A stretch of 51,947 nt of DNA, filler included, from Bipalium vagum (taxonomy: Eukaryota), in assembly GCA_037834085.1 (NCBI GenBank). It is 3 parts of 3 records of this genome, joined end to end, with 100 filler letters (N's around TTAATTAATTAA, not from the genome) between each part and the next. Parts side by side here need not be neighbours in the genome. Positions count along the whole stretch, not along the records: positions 35,453 to 51,947 come from JBBMKC010108631.1; 2 more parts are not named here. One strand, 5' to 3'. Positions 50,248-51,947 of this stretch are shown piece by piece. Position 1 is the stretch's first letter, and the number at the start of each line of letters is the position of its first letter. Both the position numbers and the translations under genes were made by a program. Under the pieces are notes generated by a model, which saw nothing but the letters and a program-made list of their open reading frames with translations, had not been told where the DNA came from and did no database searches.

Positions 50248-50440
50248 TCAGGTCAGTCCATAAGTTCGTTTGTATTAATAAATATGTAAATATAAAAATA
50301 AAAAGCAAATGAAATCGACATGAAACATTTATTCATGGAAATAATTACCATCGTTTTCTACAATCTTTTTCCACCTGTCAGGAAGTTTTTTAAAATCATC
50401 TGCATAAAATGACAAAGGTTTTGAAGCAAAAAGATGTAAT
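50248..50440 (-). mobile_element. Mariner 3' end fragment
   Basis: TA|tcaggtcagtccataagttcg TIR; minus-strand 'LPDRWKKIVENDGNY'. Confidence 0.8.
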
Positions 50441-51947
50441 GCAATACGCACGAATTTATGGACCGACCTGATAGTATTTTTAGGGTTTTAAATAAAAAAA
50501 TTGAAATATTTGGGATGTTCTTTGAATTCTTTAGAAAATGGATTGGATTTAATTTTGATAGAAATATGAATGGGAATAATCAAGAAAAAAGCACAATCAT
50601 ATTTTACCACTCTTCACTTGATTTATCAATAGAAGAAAATGTTAAAATTTGAAAAATCTTAGACCATTGAAAGTAAAACAAAATCTATCTAAAAATAATA
50701 ACATTGATATGATTTTATACAATGAATATCAAAGGAAAGCTGAATATTTTTAAAATAACTGTTAGGATCCACAATAAAACTGGTAAAAATTGAGATAGAT
50801 CAAACACAAAACTCCAAGAAAATCACGGACAATATCAAGGAACTACAGGAATCGATGGATAGTGATGACAGCTCTCCGAAATTGGTAATTGACAATGTCA
50901 ACATATAAAACATTTGAATTTTACATTTGATATAATTTTGTGCATGAAAAAGCCTTGTTAGGCTTACTTTCCTTTTATTATGGACTCCAAATGAAATTTC
51001 ATGTCATTTTAATATTTCATTTTATATTCTATAAAAATAATAATATTTAAATTATAAATTTTTTTTTAATTAAAATGAATAGATATAATAATAAAATAAA
51101 TTGTGGGTTTAAATTAATTAAAACTTAACCTACAAAATTAATAAAAATATTTAAAATGAATAATAATTATTCAAAAAATAAAACTTACTATAAATACATT
51201 AATATGGGTGGACTTTCCTAAAATAGCAAAAACCCACATATTACTCTATTAATATCAAGTTTTATTTTAAACCAATCAAGAGATCTGGAATGTGAAAATC
51301 AGGAGTATATAAACTCTTAGTTTTCGCATTCAATTTGCACATAACTTCGTCTTAACAAGTTACAGCCGGTAGTAAATAATGGTAAATAAAATACGCTTTT
51401 CCTATTTTATAAATCGATTTTTTTTGAGTTAAATAAATTAATTAAATAAAACTTAACGGATTCAGAGCAAATACTCTGCAATACGTTCCTTTTATTATAT
51501 TTCCTTATTTTCGCTAGTTATATTCTTGTGTAGTCCTTTTTAAATAATAATTCAAAATCAAAGTAATAATAATATATTTCATTAAATCCGATTAATCAAG
51601 CAAACTTTTCAAACTTGACCTTACCTTTTTTAAAAATTAAATTATTTACTTTTTTATAATTTACTAACATTTATTTTAAATATTTATTTGTGTGTTAAAT
51701 ATTTATTATGCTCCCACCTTCTGACCAACCAATTCAACCAAACCCTTCAAAAACGTCAATCCAACCGAAGCAATCAAAGCCATCGAAACAATAACATTAT
51801 TACATTTTTAGTGATCATTTAGTAATTCATTTGATGTAAAAAAAAACAATATATAATTTGTGTAATTTTATTTATTTATTTATTTGTAAAAGTTAAAACC
51901 CGGAGTTTGATTTTAATAATTCTCTTTCTCGTCTGTTTAATATAAAA

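Noticed and set aside
1-51947. Prokaryotic systems (CRISPR arrays, defence operons, rRNA)
   Set aside because: The window has spliceosomal introns and eukaryotic genes. No regularly spaced repeat-spacer array or rRNA-like sequence was seen.

Overview
This window is very AT-rich eukaryotic, probably invertebrate, genomic DNA. It is not prokaryotic. I reconstructed these host genes by hand: (1) an MKK3/6-like MAP kinase kinase (1371-16881, +, 3 exons, about 345 aa) whose second intron is 14.4 kb of nested transposons; (2) a LicD/fukutin-family nucleotidyltransferase-like gene (terminal exon 30084-30688; candidate first exons 27402-27670; no exon found for the N-terminal catalytic motifs); (3) an intronless secreted Asn/Ser/Gly-rich orphan protein (32579-34363, -); (4) SRRM1/SRm160 (42225-45391, +, 7 exons); and (5) CNOT2 (45810-49398, +, 5 exons) directly downstream. 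The rest is mostly decayed Tc1/mariner/pogo DNA transposons and MITEs, a solo LTR, a degenerate Polinton/Maverick (adintovirus-like) relic, microsatellites and assembly gaps. The most interesting observations are a candidate poison (PTC) exon in SRRM1; splice-acceptor AGs just before start codons plus tight SRRM1-CNOT2 spacing, which suggests SL trans-splicing or an operon; many AAG acceptors and GTT donors; a Pbs2-like activation loop in an MKK3/6 scaffold; and several stages of MITE formation. All assignments come from motif recognition by eye. No database search was run.
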